Shown in pieces: positions 1 through 12,894 of a stretch of DNA of 64,000 nucleotides (position 1 is its first letter; each line of letters opens with the position of its first letter). The stretch comes from Selaginella moellendorffii (lineage: Eukaryota > Plantae > Lycopodiophyta): assembly GCF_000143415.4 (NCBI RefSeq), contig NW_003314351.1:711828-775827 (forward strand), in the 5' to 3' direction. Position numbers and translations under genes: made by a program. Under the pieces are notes generated by a model. It searched no databases. It was not told the origin of the DNA and was given only the letters and a program-made list of their open reading frames with translations.

Positions 1-1729
1 AATCTTTAAGCCCCAAGTGGAGCCGAAAGCGTGCCATGTGGAAGTGGCCCAAGCGAAGGCCAACCAAGTGTAACACGTTTGGACCAAAAGCTCCAACTTG
101 AAAAGTCAAGAGTGGGAGTGGAACTCCCAACAAAGTGTTCGAGGAACGAGCACGAAGCGAGCAATAAGCGAGGCTCTAAAAAAGGACCCAAGATGGAGTC
201 CGAGATGGACCCGAGATGGAGTCTGAGATAGAGTTTGAGATGGAGTCTAAGATAGAGTTCGAGATGGACCCGAGATGGAGTCCAAGATGGAGTCCAAGAT
301 GGATCCGAGATGGACTTGAGATGGAGTCCGAGATGGAGTCTAAGATGGACACGAGATGGAGTCCGAGATGGACCTAAGATGGAACCGAGATGGAGTCTTA
401 AATGGACCTGAGATGGAGTCCAAGATGGACCTGAGATGGAGTCCGAGATGGAGTCTGAGATGGAAAAAAGACCAAAACTGAGACCAAGACCGAGATGAGC
501 ATGAAGCAAGCAATAAGTGAGGCTCTAAAAAGGGACCCGAGATGGAGTCCAAGATGGAGTCTGAGATGGACCCGAGATGGACTTGAGATGGAGTTGAAGA
601 TGGAGTCTAAGATGAAGTCCGAGATAGACCCGAGATGGAGTCTGAGATGGAACCGGGACCGAGACCGAGACCAACATCGGGACCGAGTCCATGTCCGACT
701 CCGAGTTCGAGTCCAAATACTAATACAGACAATTGGATGAAAGCCCAAAGCAATCGTTCCCTAGGGGGGGAGGCTGTGGGGGGTTCCAAAAGTATAGTAG
801 GGAGAGTGTGGGGGTTGGAGCCTAGTGGAGCCAATTTGGCCAGGAAAGGCCAATTTGGCCCAGGAAGGCTGTACCCAGGTGTTGAGGTGATGAGCTGACC
901 ACTGAGAAGTCCAAAACTAGAGTGAATACGGATCAACAAGCGGGGTAGTTTGGTGAAGTGTTCAAAAGCTGGCTCTAGTTCCCCCGGGAGATCGAATGGT
1001 CGATGCTCCCAGTCCAAGTGTGGGTGGCACTACCTACTTGGATACCTGGTGTGTCTCAACAGAGCCCATGGCTAGAGAACCCAAAGGTGGAAGGCGGGGA
1101 GAGTACCCATGAGGCTCACATAGGGCCACAGTGTTCCGAAATGTTGTCCTAAAGGCCCAGACTATGGAAAGGAAGAGGAGTAGTCCTCTTGTGTAGTGAC
1201 CAAGGATACAGTTGTGTGGTGAGGAAGTCTTAGAGACCCATGGGACTTAGTGGTCAGGCCTGTCGGCCTCAATCCAATTGCAGTGTTGGCGAACACGGCC
1301 ATGGGCAGAAAGGGACTTAGTGGGGACCGGAAAAGGGATATTGGGGAAGGCTATTCCCCATGCCTGCAAGCATCCTAAGGATGCTACGGAGTGGATCTGG
1401 GATGATCACTCATGGACGGATGGCCCAGTCTTTGAGAGACGGGACTATGATGTAGGTGGTGTCAGACCACTAGTGTGACCAAGGTGAATGAGTATAGCCT
1501 TAATGTAACGGGCTGATATGTCAGTGGTACCTTGGGGTGTCAGTCATGGGATCGGACACGTGGAGCACTTGGACCAAGTGCAATGGTTGAGTGGCATGGA
1601 TGTCATTCTTGGGGCTAGCAAGTCTCTAAGTCCAAAATAGGACTTACGGAGGTTGTGAGTGAGACTCCTTCGAGTGGTCGGAGGTGTGGTTAAGTGACAA
1701 AAGTAGAATGGAAAATTTAGTCACTTACA
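1..1729 (+). mobile_element. LTR family A copy (5' end just outside window), with a family-C-like promoter block
   Basis: Colinear with LTRs at 8453-10146 and 19510-21272; ends ...TCACTTACA at 1729; contains GATGGAGTCCGA/GATGGACCCGA arrays. Confidence 0.9.
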
Positions 1730-2290
1730 TAGTCCCAGAGCATCCAGCATCCTATTGCCAGGAGCAATACGCAAAATGGAGCCAAATAGAATTTGGTGCT
1801 ATTTCAATATACCGGTGGCCTAATGTAAGGATATGGGTACTCCACTAGCTAGCATGGTATGGAACTTGGGCTTAGACCCAAGTCGGATACAGAACAAGAA
1901 TAGGCACACAAGCGGGAGCTAGACTATGTTTCAAGCTAGTTGACCATGCCTGACCTACCCACTATCCCTAGTTTACATTTGGAACCCCCTATAGTGCCCC
2001 TCCACCCTGCCCTTAGCCACCCTTAGTACCAGGAGTTAGTCTTTGGGACAAGCTTGAAACTTACTAAATATGGAATGTCTCTAGATTGCAAATTTGGACA
2101 CGGGATAAACACCATTGTGTTCAAGACAATCTCTCCATTCCATAGATATGCCAAATGAGCAAATCTAAACATTTTCTATAAATACTATTTGGGACCAGAA
2201 TGAGACTAACACAAAAGGCATGATAGCAAGGGTGTTTAGCAAACACAGTAAACTATCATGTAGCAATATTAAAGGACTAGACTGAATATA
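1730..2290 (-). mobile_element. LTR family B fragment
   Basis: Homologous to 47210-47697 joined to 55028-55130; shows the empty-site version of that junction (ATAAATACTATTTGGGACC at ~2178). Confidence 0.75.
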
Positions 2291-2499
2291 GGTAGAGTAA
2301 TGGTAAGGGAAGCACCAAAGAACTTGGAATATAGCCTAAGCTAAGTGAGGAACCTCCATACAAATGGCAATGTATCTTGAGCAAAAAACCCAAGGCAAGA
2401 ACCATGGTATAGTAGAAAAACACCCTCTAGAAGTTAGAAAAGAAACTATGAAAGTAAAAGTGAAAGAAAGGAAGTAAAGGAAAAAAAAGAGAAGAAGAA

Positions 2500-3660
2500 C
2501 ACCTCACTAGATGAAGTGTTTGAGGTGAAAGTGGTTGTGAAGATGTGGAAGTTCACATTTATCAGCATTTGCTAGCATGTATGCTTTGCCTCCAATGTGT
2601 TGCTGGACGAAGTAAGGGCCAGTCTAACAAGGAGAGAACTTTGAAGTTGGTGTGAACTCCTTGAATAGAATGAGGTTGCCATCCTCAAATAGTTTAGCTG
2701 ACTACCAGTGATTGATGACTAACTTAATCTTTTGCATGCCTCTAAGGAGATGTTTAGCTATGGCTTGTCACTGTTCTTCCAAGGCGAGAACCTCCAAGTC
2801 ACATGCATGAAGTTTCTCCTCATCATTAATTTGCATCTCTATTGTATATTGAAGTAAAATTAAAAGTGATGGCACTTGGATCACCACTGGAAGCACAGCC
2901 TTTATTCTATAGATGAGAGAGAATGGAGTTGTGGAGATGGATGTCTTGAAGGATATGTAAAATGCCCATAACATTGTAACCACGTGCTTGTGTCAATGCC
3001 TCAGGAAATCCTCCACAAGCTTTGAGATGATGGTTAATATTTTGTTGGTAGACTCTGCTTGGCCATTGCATTTAGGATAGTAGCTACTTCTCTTCACGTG
3101 CTTGACCTGTATTTGTTGGAGAAGATGCTGCATCACTTGTCCAAGGAAGCTGTTGCCACAATTGGAAATTAGAACCATAGGAACTCCAAATTGGCAAATG
3201 ATGTGCTTATAGACAAACTTTGCTGTAAACTATTGATCTACTTATCATAGAGGAATGGCCTTGCCCCATTTTGTGAAGTAGTCCATTGCTATGATGATAT
3301 ATCACTATCCTTTTGAGCTCGTGGACTGATTGGGCTGACAAAGTCAAGTCCCAATTGGAAAAAGGGACCAAGAGAAGTGATGAGCTAGAAAGGAAGGCAT
3401 GGAACATGGCTTCAAGGAGTGAACTACTAGCATTGCTCACATGCCTATACATACTCTAAACTATCCTAGTAAATCCAAGGCCAAAAGTAGCTGTGGCACA
3501 AAAGAAGTTGTGTTGTGACCCATCCCAAGAAATGCACCATATAAGAATGGAAAGGATGAAGCAGTTCAAGGATCTTATGTTTAAGATTCTATTGGGAACT
3601 TGCCTAAATCCAAGTACACTACAATGTGCTATAAGGCTGTTGGGACCACAAAGGAGGTAG
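2500..3660 (-). pseudogene. Degenerate Ty3/Gypsy integrase remnant
   Basis: Fragments YYPKCNGQAESTNKIL and STTPFSLIY are typical integrase core motifs; many stops and frameshifts. Confidence 0.75.
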
Positions 3661-3669
3661 CCTCAGCAA

Positions 3670-6099
3670 CCAAGACAAAAATCCCTAAATCCCAAAGTAA
3701 AGCTGAAAGTGAGTTATGTAATAGTGGCTGAAGTTGAAGTCTAACGAGCATAATATATTTGGAACAAAAGCTCCAACTTGAAAAGTCAAGAGTGGGAGTG
3801 GAACTCCCAAAAACGTGCTTGAAGAAGGAGCATGAAGCGATTGATAAGCAAGTTTCTAGAAAAGGAGAAAAGAAGGACTAACACTTGGAGGTGTCATAAC
3901 ATGTGGAAATGTTAGGATCAAGTTCGAGACCAAGTCCAAGATAAAATCTAAGACCAAATTCAAGATTGAGTCCAAAACTGAGACAAAGACTAAAACCAAG
4001 TTTGAGTATGAGTTCGAATTTGAGCCAAAGGGGTAAAAGCCCAAAGTGATTGTCTCCCAAACCTTGGGGGGTTGGTAAGTTCCTGCAGGATAGTAGGGGG
4101 ATGACTCTAGGGGAATCAATGTGATCAAAGAAGCTATACTTTAGGTGATGATATAAACACTAGGCAATCCATGGCTAGAGTGTACATGGATGGACAAGTG
4201 GGGTGATTGGTGAAGTGTTCAAGAGCCAACTCATTTGGGAAACTGAATTGTCAATACTCCCAATTCAAGTGTGGGTGGTACTACTTACATGGATACCTTG
4301 TAGGGCTCATCAAAACCTCACTCTAGTGATATAGTTGAAGCACCCTAGTGGCGGAAGGTGGGGAGAGTACTTATAAGGTTTATGTTAGATTGTGGTTTTT
4401 CGAAATGTCATTCCAAAGTCCTTAATAGCGGAAAGGAAGAGAAGTGGCTCTCTTTTTTAGTAACCAAGAGTATGGTTATGTGGTGAGGAAGTCCTAGAGA
4501 TTAATGGGACTTAATGGTCGGGCCTTTAGGCCTTAACTGAGTGGTGGTGTTGGTAAACATTACTACATATGAAGAGGGACTTAGTGAGGATTGAAGAAGG
4601 GATTGTAAGGAACCAACTCGCCGAGGTGTCGTAGGCTAAATGAACCCCGAAAGCATGACCAAAATGACAAAGAGTTTATTGGATGGGACCAAGTTGAAGA
4701 TCGAGTCCAAGACCGACTCTGAGACCGAGTTCGAGATATAGTCCGGAATCGAGTCCGAGGCCGACTCGGGGACCGAGTTCGAGACGGAGTCCGAGATCCG
4801 AAATCGAGTTCGAGACCGAGTCCGAGGTCGGGTCCAAGATCGGGTCCGAGATGGAGTCTGAGATCGAGTCCGAGACCGAATCTGAAGTCGGATCCGAAAT
4901 CGAGTCCGAGATCGAGCCAGAGACTAAGTCCAAATACTAATACGGGTCAAGGGGTGAAAGCCCAAAGCGTGCGTCTCCGGGGGGGGGGGGGGGGCTGCAG
5001 GGGGTTCCAAAAGTATAGTAGGGATAGTGAGGTCCAAGAACCAGTTTTGAAGGGACTCTCCAGTGGGGCTTCCAAACCGACTTGAGGTTGAAACTGGGAC
5101 CGAGGGGCCTTGGGTGGGAGTGAGTATGGACTTGGTTGGTGCTAGAGGGGCCATCCAAGGAAGTGCTCAAGAGCAGCTCCCACTCCCGAAAGGGAAACCG
5201 ACTGTGGTGCTCCCGGCTCATGTGGAGTGGTGCCCCACTTGAGTACCACATGGCTCATTGGTCCTCGCCCTTCCTAGGGGCTTGGGCCTTCCTTCTGGAT
5301 GGAAGTGGGGGGGTAGAGGTACCCATACCGGGCCATTAGGCCACGGTGTTTTGCCCCGGCGTCCCGAAGCAAGTGTTGCACCCAAGACTTGGGATTTAGA
5401 GGGTCCCATGATCAAGTCTTGTGGTACCAAGGGGTGTTAGGAACCTGGAGGCTTGGTGTGCTTGGCTGCTTGTGCCTGCGGGGAGTGTAGCCGAACCTTA
5501 AGTCCAGTCTAACCCGGGGAGGGGGATTGGGAGAGATTGGGAATCCGTGGATGGATGGCTAACGCTCCGTTGCTCATGCAGTGAGTAGCTGAAACCAAGT
5601 AAGACCAAGTAGGAGTTGGTACCATTTGCGGGAACCTTGGCGGGGGAACTTAGCAAAAGCCAAGGCAGTGTTGGACGGATAGACGAGGTAAGCGGGCAAA
5701 TTGAAAAGGAAAAATTTGTGGCTTACAGGGATATTGAGGGATGTTATTCTTCATATCTTAGAGCATTCTAAGGATGCTAAGGTATGGTTATAGGAGGACC
5801 ACTTATAGAGAGATGGTTTAGATTTGGAAAGGCATGGGTAGTCTTGGACTACCAATGAGACAGTGAAAATGAATATGGGTTTACCATAAAGGGCTAGCAT
5901 ATTGATAGTACCTTTGAGTGTCTTAAGTGGGATTAAAACGTGGAGCACTTAAACCAAGTGCAAAGTTGGTATAGCTTTGAGATCACCTCTAGGGCTCAAG
6001 TTGGGATGAGGAACTATGAAGGTTATGAGTGAGACTTCTCCAAATGGTCAAAGGTGTAATTAAGTGACTAAAGTAGAATGAAAATTTAAATAATTTACA
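3670..6099 (+). mobile_element. Old family A 5' LTR, interrupted by a family C solo LTR
   Basis: Diverged homology to LTR A; ends TAATTTACA at 6099; followed by a PBS and sequence homologous to the internal start of the 47698-55027 element. Confidence 0.8.
4604..5727 (+). mobile_element. Solo LTR, family C
   Basis: TGTAAG...CTTACA termini; 5-bp TSD GGGAT (4599-4603, 5728-5732); reverse-complement homolog of 30292-31420. Confidence 0.93.
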
Positions 6100-6102
6100 A
6101 CT

Positions 6103-6113
6103 TGGTATCAGAG
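6103..6113 (+). promoter_or_regulatory. Primer-binding site (tRNA-iMet type)
   Basis: TGGTATCAGAG 3 bp after the LTR end. Confidence 0.8.
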
Positions 6114-6504
6114 TTATTCTTTAGTTCAGCTTTTATTAGCAGTCAAGTATATCAACCTGATGTTGACATCTAAATATCCTAGGAGTGGGGCTAGATTCAA
6201 GGAAATGGATGTTAGAAGAGCGGGGCTCTATATTTTGATTCATATGTTATTTGTAAGAATTATGGTGGATAGAAACAGGGTTGATAAGAGAACTACTTTA
6301 GGATCTTGGGAACTATAGAAGTTTTTCTCTAGAGAGTTAAGGATGTAATCAATATAAGAGCATAATTTTGTAAAAATGGCTTTAATGTGGTTGTGGTAAA
6401 TAACTAAAGTTATGAACACTTGAAGGAAAGGAACTCTTAACAAAGTCTATGAACTCAAAATGTAATCTTAAGTTACTAATATGCCTTATAAGCAATTCCA
6501 AGTG

Positions 6505-6775
6505 TACATAAAGAACCAACTCCCCGAGGTGTTTCCGAGACCGAAGTCCAAGATCCGAGATCGAGTCCGAGATCGACTCTGAGACTGAGTTCGAGACCAA
6601 GTCCGAGATCCGAGATTGGGTCCGAGACGAATTCGAGATTGAGTTCGAGATAGAGTCCGAGGTCAAGTCCAAAATTGAGTCCAAGACCAAGTCTGAGGTC
6701 AAGTCTAAGATCAAGCCTAAGACTGATACCAAGTCCAAATACTAATACAAGTCGTAAAGTGTGTGTCTCCCGAGG
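6505..6775 (+). mobile_element. Family C LTR fragment
   Basis: AAGAACCAACTCCCCGAGGTG start, GTCCGA/GACCGA hexamers and CCAAATACTAATAC block, as in 4604-5727. Confidence 0.7.
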
Positions 6776-7470
6776 TGTTAAGCACCAACTTTGACCATGT
6801 GGTCAATGTCGGTCTAAGGGAGGCTCAAGGGTATATTAAGGCATGTTAGGGTAAAGGACTTAACCTACCCTAGGGCTCACAGTGGAGCAATAGCACAGTG
6901 GAAGGTTTTGAGCTAGCTGAAGGGTGGTTGGGTGGTGAGGAACCTCAAGAGGAGGCGTAGCGTACTCTAGGAAGACTAAGTCTCTATCTTTTTGAACTGG
7001 ATCATAACATTGGTATCAAAGAAGTTGGTTGCAATGGCCGACCAAGCTGAACACTGGAATCTTATTATCGATGGTGGTGCCGACGATGGTGCTGACGGAG
7101 CTACGGAGATTTGAACCATTCAAGATGTGGTTCATGAGCTATGAGCTCTTAATCAAAATCAGCAAGATATGCAAGACGAGATGTATGGTATGATGGATAC
7201 CATGTGTGGGCATGTTGAGATTGACTCAAGATTCCAACCTTTTCCGGAAATGGTGGTGTGGACGAGTGTCTTGCTTGGCTAGCCAATGTGAAGAAGTTTT
7301 TGGCTACTAGTAGAACTCCAGATGCAAAGGCTTTAGTGGATATTCTAATGGTTTTACGTGATGTGGGTCTTCGATGGTGGAATTGGCTTGAGGAGTCTCG
7401 TATTGTGGATAAGAAACCACCAATGTCAACCATGGATGAGTTTGAGGCTGTTTTTCATTTACGTTCTCTA
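6776..7470 (+). mobile_element. Short-LTR Gypsy 5' remnant: LTR 6776-7009, PBS ~7011-7021, degenerate gag
   Basis: TGTTA...TAACA termini, TGGTATCAAAG PBS, gag-like LKIPTFSGNG...AWLANVKKF...LRWWNWL. Confidence 0.65.
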
Positions 7471-7541
7471 ATATCAAATGTTACTTTAGGGTGAATTACC
7501 ATAAAATAACTATAAACTAGAACTTAACCCTTAGACATATG

Positions 7542-7720
7542 TGTAAGCAACCAAAGAGAACAACTTGAGAGATGATCCATGAAGTTCAAATATAAAGAAA
7601 AAGGGCTTATGAATAAAAGTGCACCCCTTTTTTCAATTGGTTAACTGTCTTGGGATACTTGGGGTTTAGCATCCTTGGGTTTGAATAGTATTGGATCTTG
7701 GTGATCTCTTGGGAAGTTCG
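7542..7720 (+). mobile_element. Cassandra-like TRIM LTR (5S rRNA-derived core), partial
   Basis: TGTAAGCAACC start; homologous to 42458-42651. Confidence 0.7.
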
Positions 7721-8129
7721 TATCTTCCTAAGAGGATTGTATCTAGAGATAGACATTATGGATACATCAAGAGTTGATGATCTATGATGTATCTTCACAC
7801 ACCTATCTGCATCAAATGTATCTTCATCATAGTGATTTTCTCTACAGTAACGTATCCGCATAGAAAATCACCTAAATATTTCAAATATTTGGATTTCACA
7901 TATGTGTACCAAATACAACATGAGCTACTAACGCATCACAAATTGTTTGAGCATCTAATATTGTCTCTCCAATTTCTCTTGCATCTCTAGGAGGATAATC
8001 ATATTCAACGAATGTTCCTCGCTCGACAACGTCGCTCTAGCCTACTTTGTTGTGCTGCTAAAGTTGCCTTGACCTCAGGCCAGCTGTCTGTAGCAGGAAA
8101 TTGAGACCAGGTGCCTTGCTCCATATGTT

Positions 8130-8452
8130 GATCAGCCCAATGGCCAAGCTGAAAATTGAGGCTACAGCCAGGACCATTTTTATTCTGGCTAGGCCAGCGG
8201 CCAGAATCGGGATTTTGGCCGAGCAGACTAGACTAGCAGCCAGAATCAAGATTCTGGCCAGGCTAACCAACCTAGTGGCCAGAACTAATTCTAGCTAGGC
8301 TGACAAGCCCAACAGCCAAAATCTAGATTTTGGCTGGGCTGACCAGCCTAGCAGCCAAAATGAATATTCTGGCTGGGCTGGAAGCCCTTGCTAGAATGTT
8401 CATTTTGGCTGGGCTGACCAGCCCAATGGCCAGAATGAAGATTCTAGCCGGG
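8130..8452. repeat. Degenerate ~39-40 bp tandem repeat, continuing at 10147-10240 beyond the solo LTR
   Basis: Recurrent GCTGACCAGCCCAATGGCCAGAATGAAGATTCTGGCTGG-like units on both sides of the LTR insertion. Confidence 0.7.
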
Positions 8453-10146
8453 TGTGAGACACAAAATCCCTAGGCCCCAAGGTGGAGCCGAAAGGGTGCC
8501 ACGTGGTAGTGGCTGAAGCGAAAGCTAAACGAGCATAACACGTTTGGACTAAAAGCTCCGACTTGAAAAAGTTGAGAGTGGGAGTGGAACTCCCAACAAA
8601 GTGCTCGAGGAATGAGCACAAAGCGAGCAATAAGTGAGGCTCCAAAAAGGGACCCAAAAGGACCAACACATGACACATGGACGTGTCTGAGATGGACCCG
8701 AGTTGGAGTCCGAAGTGGAGTCCGAGAAGGACCCCGAGATGGAGTCCGAGGTGGAGTCCGAGGTGGACCCGAGATGGATCCAAGATTGAGTCCGAAACGG
8801 ACCCGAGATGGAGTCTGAGATGGACCTGAAATGGATCCGAGATGGAGTCCAAGATGGAGTCCGAGATGGAGTCCGAGATGGACCTGAGATGGAGTCCGAG
8901 ATGGACCCGAGGTGGAGTCCGAGATGGACCCGAGATGGAGTCCGAGATGGAGTCCAAGATGGACCCGAGATGGAGTCTGAAATGGAGTCCGAGATGGAGT
9001 CCGAGATGGACCCGAGATGGAGTCCGAGATGGACCCGAGATGGAGTCCGAAGTCGAGACCGAGACTGGGACCGAGACCGGGACCGAGACTGAGACCGAGA
9101 TGGGACCGAGACCGAGACCGAGACTGGACCGAGACCGAGTCCGAGTCCGAGAGGGTGAAAGCCCAAAGCATTCGTCTCCCAAACCCTGGGGGGTTTTGTG
9201 AGCTCCAAAAGTATAGTAAGGGGGAGGACTGCAGTGGAGCCAGTTTGGCCAGGAAAGGCCAGTTTGGCCCAGGAAGGCCGGACCCAGTGTTGGGTGATGA
9301 GCTGCCCACTGTGAAGTCCGAGACTAGAGTGAACACGGACCGACAAGCGGGGTAGCTTGGTGAAGTGTTCAAGAGCCGACTCTAGTTCCCCCGAGAGATC
9401 GACTGGCCGATGCTCCCAGTCCAAGTGTGGGTGGCACTACCTACTTGGATACCTAGTGTGGCTCAACGGAACCTCGCTCTAAGCCCATGGCTAGAGCACC
9501 AAAAGGTGAGAGGTGGGGAGAGTACCCATAAGGCTTGCGTAAGGCCACGGTGTTCCGAAATGTTGGCCCGAAGTCCCAGACTGTGGAAAGGAAGAGGAGT
9601 AGCCCTCTAGTGTGGTGACAAGGGACATAGTCACACAGTAAGGAAGTCCTAGAGGACAGTTGGACTTAGTGGTCGGGCCTATGGGCCTTGATCCAGTGGC
9701 AGTGTTGGTGAACACGACCATGGACAGGAAGGGACTTGGCGGGGACCGGAAAGGAGACATTGGGGAAGGTTATTCCTCATGTCTACAGGCATCCTGAGGA
9801 TGTTATGGAGTGGATCTGGGATAACCACTCATGGATGGATGGCCTAGTCTTTGAGAGATGGGATTGTAATGTAGGTGGTGTTGGACCACCGATGTGACCA
9901 AGGTGAATGGGCATGGCCTAGCGTAACAGGCTGGTATGTCAGTGGTACCTTGGGGTGTCGGTCATCAGATCGGACACGTGGAGCACTTGGGCCAAGTGCA
10001 AAAGTTGAGTGGCGTGGATGCTATTCACGGGGCTCGCAAGCCACAAGTTCTGAATGGGACTTATGGAGGTTGTGAATGAGACTCCTCTAAGTGGTCGGAT
10101 GTGCGGTTAAGTGACTAAAGTAAAATGGAAAAATTAGTCGCTTACA
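8453..10146 (+). mobile_element. Solo LTR, family A
   Basis: TGTGAG...CTTACA termini; TSD CCGGG (8448-8452, 10147-10151). Confidence 0.95.
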
Positions 10147-10816
10147 CCGGGCTGATTAGCCCAACGGCTAGAATCTTCATCTTGGCCTAGCTGGAGGCTA
10201 GAAAGGCTAGAATGAAGATTCTAGCTAGGCTGGAAGCTATAACCAATTGGAGGCATTGCAAAAGGAGCTGCAGAAGAAAGGGCTACTGAAGAAGGGGCTT
10301 ATTCTTCATCTTGTTGTTGAACCTGTTGAACCTAGATGATGTGTATGAATGCATGAATGAAGAAGGAGAGAATAAAGAATACCTGTTGTTGCTGCTAATT
10401 AGAACTTGAAGAAGTGTTGGGGCTTCCTCCCATGCCTCGGAAGAGCCCAAAACACCCTGCTCCTCACACCATAGTCACAGCCGCTCTTGCCCAAAGTTAG
10501 GGTGCCAAGTTGAGGCATGCAGTTGACATAGCAGGCAACTACATGTAGAAGAGAGAGAATATAAACTTAAGGGTCCTAGGGTCCTAAAATTTTACATAAG
10601 AATTTTGTTGCCCCCTAACTAAGAGTTTTTTTAAGAGTTTAGGTGTGGAAACCCTACTCTTAATAAAAATCTTAGTTAGGGGGTAAAAGTTAGGACCCCC
10701 TAACTAAGTATTCAATGTGAAAACAATTTCACCCCCTAACCCATAAATTTTACGGGTTAGAGGGTTGGTGCGGAACGGCCCCAATAAAATCAAACTTTAA
10801 ATCTTTCTAAATCTAA

Positions 10817-11010
10817 TGTAACCTCCTGAATGTGGACTTCCTGAGAGGTCACTCAGTTTAGTACTATTTGAACTCAAATCTACTTAACCTTAAGTATCCT
10901 AAAACCCTTAACTAATTGGAAAAGTGGGTGCATTCTTATTCATGAGATACTTCCTTCTATATTTACTCTAATAGATTGTTTTTTTTAATCATTCTCTTTG
11001 GTTGTTTACA
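10817..11010 (-). mobile_element. Cassandra-like TRIM LTR
   Basis: Reverse-complement homolog of 42458-42651 with TG...CA ends. Confidence 0.7.
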
Positions 11011-11446
11011 CCATTCAAATTTGATCCCACTAATCCAAAGCTAAAGCCAAATTCAACTTGTCCTAGGATGTTGTCTGTGCATAGTAAAAGCCATTAGTCT
11101 CATTGGCTATTATTATAGGAAGACTACCAAAGCCACCATTTCCCTTCTTGCTTGGAAGTGCTGCAATGCAATATATCCTCGACCAGCTAGATAACTCTCT
11201 TAGTTGTCTAAGAATGATCATCATTGCTCATCTTAAGAAAAATCTTTATACACTTAGATAAATTTGTGAATTTGGAATCTTTATTACTAATAATTTCTTC
11301 TAGCAGCCAAATTGTGGAAATACTTTATCTATATTAAAGCTAAGTTCACTACTTATGCATCTTTCTTTAAAGGAAGTATCTTCACAAACTTGGTCAAGCA
11401 ATCTATTATAACCCAAAATTTGCTCATTTTACCTTTGAGTCTTTAA

Positions 11447-11660
11447 TGTAAGCAACTAAAGAGAATGATTTAAAAAATGGTCTATTGGAGTTCAAATATA
11501 AAAGGAGAGGGCGTATGAATAAAAGTGCACTTTCTTTTCCAAACAGTTAAGGGTTTTGGAATATTTAGGGTTAAGCATATTTAAGTTTGAGTACTATTAG
11601 AATGGGTGAATAGTACTACAATAGGTGACCTCTTTACAAATCTAAACTTAAGATCTTACA
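11447..11660 (+). mobile_element. Cassandra-like TRIM LTR
   Basis: TGTAAGCAAC...TCTTACA; 5S-like GGTTAAGC...AGTACTA...GGGTGA. Confidence 0.7.
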
Positions 11661-11984
11661 TCATTAATCATACTTCCTTATTTAAAAGTGCTATTGGTAT
11701 ATGGTATCTAGCATCTTTTATTCTATTTATAGAATATTATTTATGGATACACTTAAAATCTGACAGTTTGAAATATTCTAGGTATATATCTATGTTTGCC
11801 CTAAATTATCTACAGCCATACACCATATAAGAAAATAACCATTGTTCTAGTCAAGCATTTTCTAGTTTGCAAGAATCAATTTCCAGTTCAGAATAGAGAA
11901 TATTAAGGCATGTGGAAGGATGTCATAATATAGTAATGCTTGGCATATGATTGGTGTAATATTTGCCTCAAGAGAGCATCTTTT

Positions 11985-12890
11985 TGTAAGCAACTAAATT
12001 TTCTATTCTACTTTAGTCACTTGACCAGATATTTGACCATTTGGAGGCTCACTCACAACCTCTATATGTCCTATTGTTGACTTGAGGACATACTTGCCCT
12101 ATGATTGAGCTATCTGTCCATGAATGGTCATCCCAGGACCACACCTTAGCCCAATGACATGGGGAACACCCTTCCCAAATGTTCCTTCTTAATCTCCACC
12201 AAGTTCCTCCCCATCCATGACTATGCTAACTAACACTACCACTGAATTAGGGCCAAAAGGCCAAACCACTAAGTCTCATTGACATTTGGGACTTCCTCAC
12301 CATATGATCATATCCTTGGTCACTACCCAAAAGGACTACCCCTTTTTCTTTCTATAGTCTGGGACTTTGGGATGACATTTCGAAACATCATAACCCTACA
12401 CAAACCTCATAGGTACTCTTCCCACCTTCTACCCTTTGGTGCCCTAGCCATGTGGTGAGAGCAAGGTTTCAATGAGCCACACTAGGTATCCAGATGGGTA
12501 GTACCAACCACACTTGGATTGGGAGCATCAACCATTTGATCTAGAGCTGGCTCTGAAACATATCAACAAATTACCCCACTTGTCCATCTATATTCACTTT
12601 AGCCTTGAACTCCTCAGTAGTTATATCATCACCCACCACGTGGGTATAACCTTCCTTGGTTATATTGGTCTTTCTTGGCCAAATTGGTTCCACTAGAGTC
12701 CTCCTCCTATTATCCTTTTGAAGCTCACCCAAGTCCCTCAGGGTCTAGGAGATGATCACTTTGGGCTTTCACTCTTGGACTTAGACTTGGACTCGAACTC
12801 GAATTTGAACTTAGACTTGAACTTGGACTCAGACTCAGACTCGGTCTCTACCCCAGTTTCGGTCTCAGTCTCAATCTCGCTCTCACTCTT
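11985..12890 (-). mobile_element. Truncated family A LTR
   Basis: Reverse-complement homology to LTR A from its terminus into the hexamer array; joined directly to RT sequence. Confidence 0.8.
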
Positions 12891-12894
12891 GGTG

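Noticed and set aside
8400-9424. Long ORFs rich in SISD/RTPS/LGLHLG (also at 6-1017, 19498-20549, 48421-49463, 53957-55010)
   Set aside because: Open in several frames only because the LTR 11/12-mer and hexamer arrays lack stops; no domain content.
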